A DNA stretch of 64,000 nt from positions 35,466,001 through 35,530,000 of the forward strand of contig OZ249440.1 in the NCBI GenBank assembly GCA_965235115.1, in the 5' to 3' direction. The stretch comes from Laetmonice hystrix. Its lineage: Eukaryota. Shown here in pieces: positions 59,079 through 64,000 of the stretch. Position 1 is the first letter of the stretch; each line of letters opens with the position of its first letter. The notes below the pieces were generated by a model, which worked only from the letters and a program-made list of their open reading frames with translations, made no database searches and had not been told where the DNA came from. The translations under genes were made by a program, and so were the position numbers.

Positions 59079-62000
59079 ATGGGTGATAATGAACCACAAC
59101 TTAAAAAACCTTGTGCATGGCAACCAGGAGCATGTATAATATGTTTTAAGGCTATTGAAGAGTCAGAGCAAAATGTAACCAGGAACCCAACGAAAGAAGG
59201 CATTTCCAAAATTCTGACTGCATCCCAGCAAAGACAGGATTTGGTTTATCAAGTTATATGGCCCCTCAAAGATGATTTTCTACAGTCGAAACATGAAGTT
59301 GTATTCCATAGAGACTGTAGGGCAAGCTATACTTCTAAAAGAAATATATCCCATGCCTCAGCGACTTTGTCCACGGAGGATGCATACCGGTATCCTGTGA
59401 AAGCAACAGCAACTCATGAAGGTTACGATCTCCGAAATGAAGGGACATCCTTTAATGTAATGTAATGGACCGACTGCTTCATATGTTCATATGGTAAAAA
59501 GAAGGAAACATTAACTTCAATAACAACAGGTACAGGAGAAGAAACAAGACTAAAAGTTATTGAAGCTGCCATAAAGAGGAAGGATGAGAGAATTCACAGT
59601 CGAATGTTGCTATACAGTGATCTCTTTGCCTATGATGCAAAATACCATAGATCATGCTATTCACATTACATCTCGGAAAGAAACATAAAAGCAGCACGAC
59701 GCCGGAATGAAAACAGCAGGGGGTCTATACACGACCAGGCATTCAGTATCGTCGTTGAGGAGCTCAAGTCCAAGTTGATTTCATCTAAATCTGTCATGCG
59801 ACTATCACAAATATTAGATCTCTACATATCAAAAGTCTCCCAACTTGGAGCCTCAAAAGATGCCTGCACATACCGATCTTGGAAATTAAAGCAGAAACTG
59901 CAGGCAACGTTTAAAGGAAAGCTAGTGTTTGTTGAGCAAAGAGGATATTCTGATATCGTTTGCTGTAGTAAACTCAACATAAAAGATGTTCTAAAGAAAG
60001 CAGTGAAAATTGAAGATGGAAGTAGGTCTCCCAAACAAGATGATGGCGACGATGATGATGATGATGATGACTATGATGTGACACTCAAAGTTTCCAGTAA
60101 TGAAAGACAGATACTGTATCAAGCAGCAACCATCATAAGAAACAAAATAAATGAAGTAAAGTGCAACTCTGACATGTACATGTCTCCTGCTGACCTCAAT
60201 ATATCGGAATGTGCAGCTTTCGTGCCAAAACCAGTCCATGATTTTGTTATGTGGTGTTGTGATAAAAATGCCTATGACAATATTGATTTTGAATCCAAGT
60301 CTCCCAACATCAGCATAATATCAATTTGTCATCAGATGATTGCAAAGAGTCGCCAGATCTTGACACCAGTGACATTAGGAGTAGGCGTTAGTCTCCAGCA
60401 TCAGTTTGGTAGCAGAACCCTCATTGACCAGCTCCATGCCTTAGGAATTTCAGTTTCCTATGACGAACTGAGGAAATTTTTGACATCTGCTGCAGAATAT
60501 GGAGCTGCAAACACAAAGAGGATTGCAGATGTGAACACTTCAAAACAGGAGATTGATGCAGCCATCGACAATTTCGATCAAAATGAAGAGACTCTGGATG
60601 GGACGCAAACCACTCATGCTTTGGTTGGTGTGATATATGACAGAAGTCTACCAGAATACCAGAACAGAAGGATGGAGATTCCACGACTAGCTGAGAGGGC
60701 ACTGCCTGCCACACACCACCTCAATGATCAACTTGATGCAGTTGCAAGGTATTCACCTTTATGCTAATCAGACATATCCGATTGCTATGTGAAAATCATA
60801 ACAGCCATCATGATAATTTCCTTCTTTCTTCTGGGTCTTTATCTGTTAGTAATTCTGTGCTGGGTATATTGATGATCTCTGAGACATATGCTAGCTGTAA
60901 ATCCCAAATCGTGTGTATTTCTCTGGATGTTACACCCATTCTATAACTAAATCGTTCAAAAGAAATTACAGATAACTAAATGGATACAGATAACTAAATC
61001 GTTCAAAGAAATTACAGATTATCCCAACAGAATGGGTTTATATTGCTGTACTAGTGGTATAGAAGCCCTAGTGGATACTAAACTCTAGGCGAGCTTCACT
61101 CCAGTGGCATACTGTTGGTGGGGATGATGTCTCTCCCCCAAGGTTGACGATTACACCATAATATAGTGTCTTTGGCAATCCCCCCCCCCCCACCCGTTTA
61201 GGATATTCAAAATAAACCACTGCCCGTGACCTGCTCTAACCTCAAAAAGGGGATCCTTCAGTTTTAATGACCAAGTTGAGTGTTTGTCTACTTGCAATGT
61301 AGGTATCCATTTAACCACTGAGTGGCCTCCTCCTACTGGGTTATTGCCCCAGACCCTTTGTGTCATTCTGGGTTTCAACAGTTCTTAAGATATGTCAGTT
61401 GATGAATTACATTTACATTCTGGGTATTGGCCCATGTTTGACACAGTACTCATCCTAAATTCAGTCCAAGCCCGTATTACTGTTGACGCAATGCCCCCTG
61501 TGTATTTTGGCTAAAGGTGATTAAGATATGTGGTTGTTCCAGGTACCAGAAACCACATATCCGACCTGAACCACCGCTGTATTTGGGCAAAGAATTAACA
61601 GATTTGGACAATTCAGACATGTTCATACATTCTGATTTTACCTGGAAACTTCTTAAGTGCCAAAAATTGGAACACCAGATGGTACCTGCATGGACTGGTT
61701 TCAATACATTGGTATCTAAAAATGACGGTCCGGTAGCCAAGATACATTATCTTCCATTTCTTAGGTCTCCATCATCTGACATGTCCACCATCTACACAAT
61801 GCTGATGAGGTTAGTAGAGATTGCAGAAGAGCGTGGTCAGCATCACATTCTTTGTACAGCAGATATGGCAATCTACAGCAAAGCACAGGAGATTCTGTGG
61901 GCGAGACCAGGATCTCTGGATGGTAAACAAGGTACTATATAAATATATGGAAGACAATAACCTCTTTTTTAAACATCAAAATGGTTTTAGGAAAGGAAAG

Positions 62001-63686
62001 TCAACGATCCGGGCTGTGAACAATATCGTGAACAAATTATATGATCACAGAAACAATGGGGAATATAGTATAGTAATATTCCTCGACCTAGCAAAAGCTT
62101 TTAATTGCGTAAATCACGATATACTATGTGGGAAATTGGATAAGCTTGGTATTACTGGATGCTGTAAAAAATGGATTATTGAATATTTAAGGAATAGACA
62201 GCAATTTGTCAAAAACGGGGGTGTAAAATCTGACTGTCAAACCATAAACTATGGGATACCGCAGGGAAGTGTACTAGGACCTCTTATCTATCTTTTATAT
62301 GTTAATGATATCATGGAAAGTCACATTACCTCCGATCTATCTATGTTTGCAGACGATACTGGTATGATAGCACATGGTAAAAATTTGTCAGATGTCATAT
62401 CACAAATCAAAAATGATATTGGAAAGCTAATTGAGTGGTTCAATGCCAATAAGCTTATGGTTAGCCTTGATAAAACAAAATGTATGTACTTCAGCAAGTT
62501 TGTAAATGACCAGAGAGAATTACCTCGGATTACTGTTAATGATGTCCAATTAGATTTTGTCAGAAACTTTTCATATCTTGGTATAATTCTAGATGATAAA
62601 CTTCAATTCAATGACCATATCAAAAATAGTATACAGAAAGCAGGGCACAAAGTGTATATGTTATCGAGAATTAGACAATATATTAATAAAAACACAGCTT
62701 TAACTATTTTTAAATCAATGATCTTACCGTATATTGAATATGGTAATATTTTTAATGGCACATGTAATGAAACATATAAACATAAATTACAGGTTATACA
62801 AAATAGTGGGCTTAAAATTGCACTCAATAGAAATATTTTATGGAACACAGTAGATTTACATATTGAAGCCAAGCTACTTCCTTGCAAATATCGAAGATTA
62901 ATTATGTTACAGAAACTTACTTTTAACGAATTTATTGACAATACAGCATTAGTAGATCGAAGGGAAGTGGTAACCAGAGCTCATGATGGTATACTACTCC
63001 AGGTGCCTAAACCTTATAGCGAACTCTTTAAGAAATCAAATTGTTACTATAAATCAATAATATGGAATAATCTACCTGTCTATATTAGACTTATCACTAA
63101 CCTTGATGAATTTAAATCAGAAATTAAGAAATATTATATCAGGATGTTCTTCATGGATAACAATCGGGACAACCATCATTGGTAATCGATGAAAAGATGT
63201 GACAATGTATTTGCACCTATACCTATACTGTTATGATTAAATGAAGCACTGGATCTGTATATAATTCTGTAACATAGGGCAGGGGCCTGCATTTGTGACG
63301 GCAATTAGTCGAGCAGGACTCCCTGGGTAAAGATGATCAATATAAAAAATAAAAAAAAAATAAAAATCACAATGAGAATTGGAGGAATGTATATGACCAT
63401 GGCATTCATTGCAAGTATTGGGAAACTCTTCAGCGATGGTGGTCTACTTGCTATCCTGTCTGAATCTAGTGTGTATGCAGAATCAACAGCCAGGATGATT
63501 TTGCAAGGTAAGCAGGTCTCAAGAGGAATAAGAGCCATAAACCTAGTAAATGAGGCTTTGTTCAGGCTACTTTGGAAAGATTTCCAGAAATGGGCAGAGA
63601 GCCGATGGTATGTGATCATCAGTGATGCAGCCGAGCATGTTCTGCTGAGTATGCAACAGGCCTGTGAGTCGAGGAATATGAACTGA
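59079..63686 (+). pseudogene. Academ-like transposase (exons about 59079-60748, 61543-61927, 63366-63686), truncated
   Basis: CIICFK, FHRDCRASYTS, DLFAYDAKYHRSCY, FGSRTLIDQLHALGISVSYDE, AIDNFDQNEETLDGTQTTHALV, PAWTGFN, TADMAIYSKA, RIGGMY..IGKLFSDGGL..GKQVSRGIRA; GT-AG intron at 60749-61542; stop at 59463. Confidence 0.85.
61928..63365 (+). mobile_element. 5'-truncated L2/CR1-group LINE (RT C-terminal part, 3' UTR, A-rich tail) inserted in the transposase
   Basis: QNGFRKGKST, FLDLAKAFNCVNH, GIPQGSVLGP, FADDT, YLGI; stop at 63185; host frame rejoins as LDGK|ITMRIGG. Confidence 0.9.
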
Positions 63687-64000
63687 TGCTTCATCTGATG
63701 GATGAATTCCACCATCATCATCTGCCTGCAATTCAACGTTACAGCCATAAAATGACATGACTTATAGCGTTATTGATGATAACTGTATGATGAATAAACT
63801 TTCTGACTAAAAACAAGAGTTTACATTATGTACAAGCCATGTTTTTCATCATTTTTTTAAAATTTGACCTTGATATATAATGTGTGACCTTGACCTTGGT
63901 CCAAGGTCAAGGTCATAGTTGATTTTTTTTGCGCTTACAGAGAAGTGTTTCTATCGAGGTAATGACAGCACTTTTCAACATATACCCGATTCTGTGAAAG

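Larger units (their letters stand above)
56605..64000 (+). mobile_element. Academ-type DNA transposon, internally deleted, with long repeat-containing TIRs; right TIR leaves the window
   Basis: 63765-64000 is the reverse complement of about 57570-57800; the left arm has about 350-bp tandem units with TGACCTTGACC..GGTCAAGGTCA hairpins; left end at TAGTGGAGGG (56605) is inferred. Confidence 0.75.

Noticed and set aside
61821..63185. 454-aa ORF as a transposase-RT fusion
   Set aside because: The first about 35 codons are an off-frame reading of the transposase exon joined by chance to the inserted LINE RT

Overview
Eukaryotic, intron-containing animal DNA, probably from a marine invertebrate (inferred from the TE families). 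The window is almost entirely nested, mostly decayed transposable elements and tandem repeats, and I found no clearly intact host gene. From left to right: (1) a frameshifted Helentron-type Rep/PIF1-helicase/AP-endonuclease gene, followed by a spliced DUF6729-like gene fragment; (2) a spliced FLYWCH-MULE transposase pseudogene split at its first catalytic Asp by a 5'-truncated Nimb/I-group LINE (11-bp TSD); (3) a field of MITEs at 10-23 kb; (4) a probable LTR-retrotransposon end that runs into a 39-bp satellite, which holds a 1.46-kb CAGGG-ended element with a 6-bp TSD; (5) a near full-length Nimb/I-group LINE with an L2/CR1-group LINE nested in its RT; (6) a truncated minus-strand CR1-like LINE and a DIRS-like gag remnant; (7) a spliced tyrosine-recombinase-like/Myb-like gene remnant whose intron holds a 5.9-kb foldback element built from inverted 179-bp tandem arrays; (8) an internally deleted Academ-type DNA transposon with TIRs over 1 kb, interrupted by another LINE RT fragment. 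Family names come from motif recognition by eye, not from database searches.
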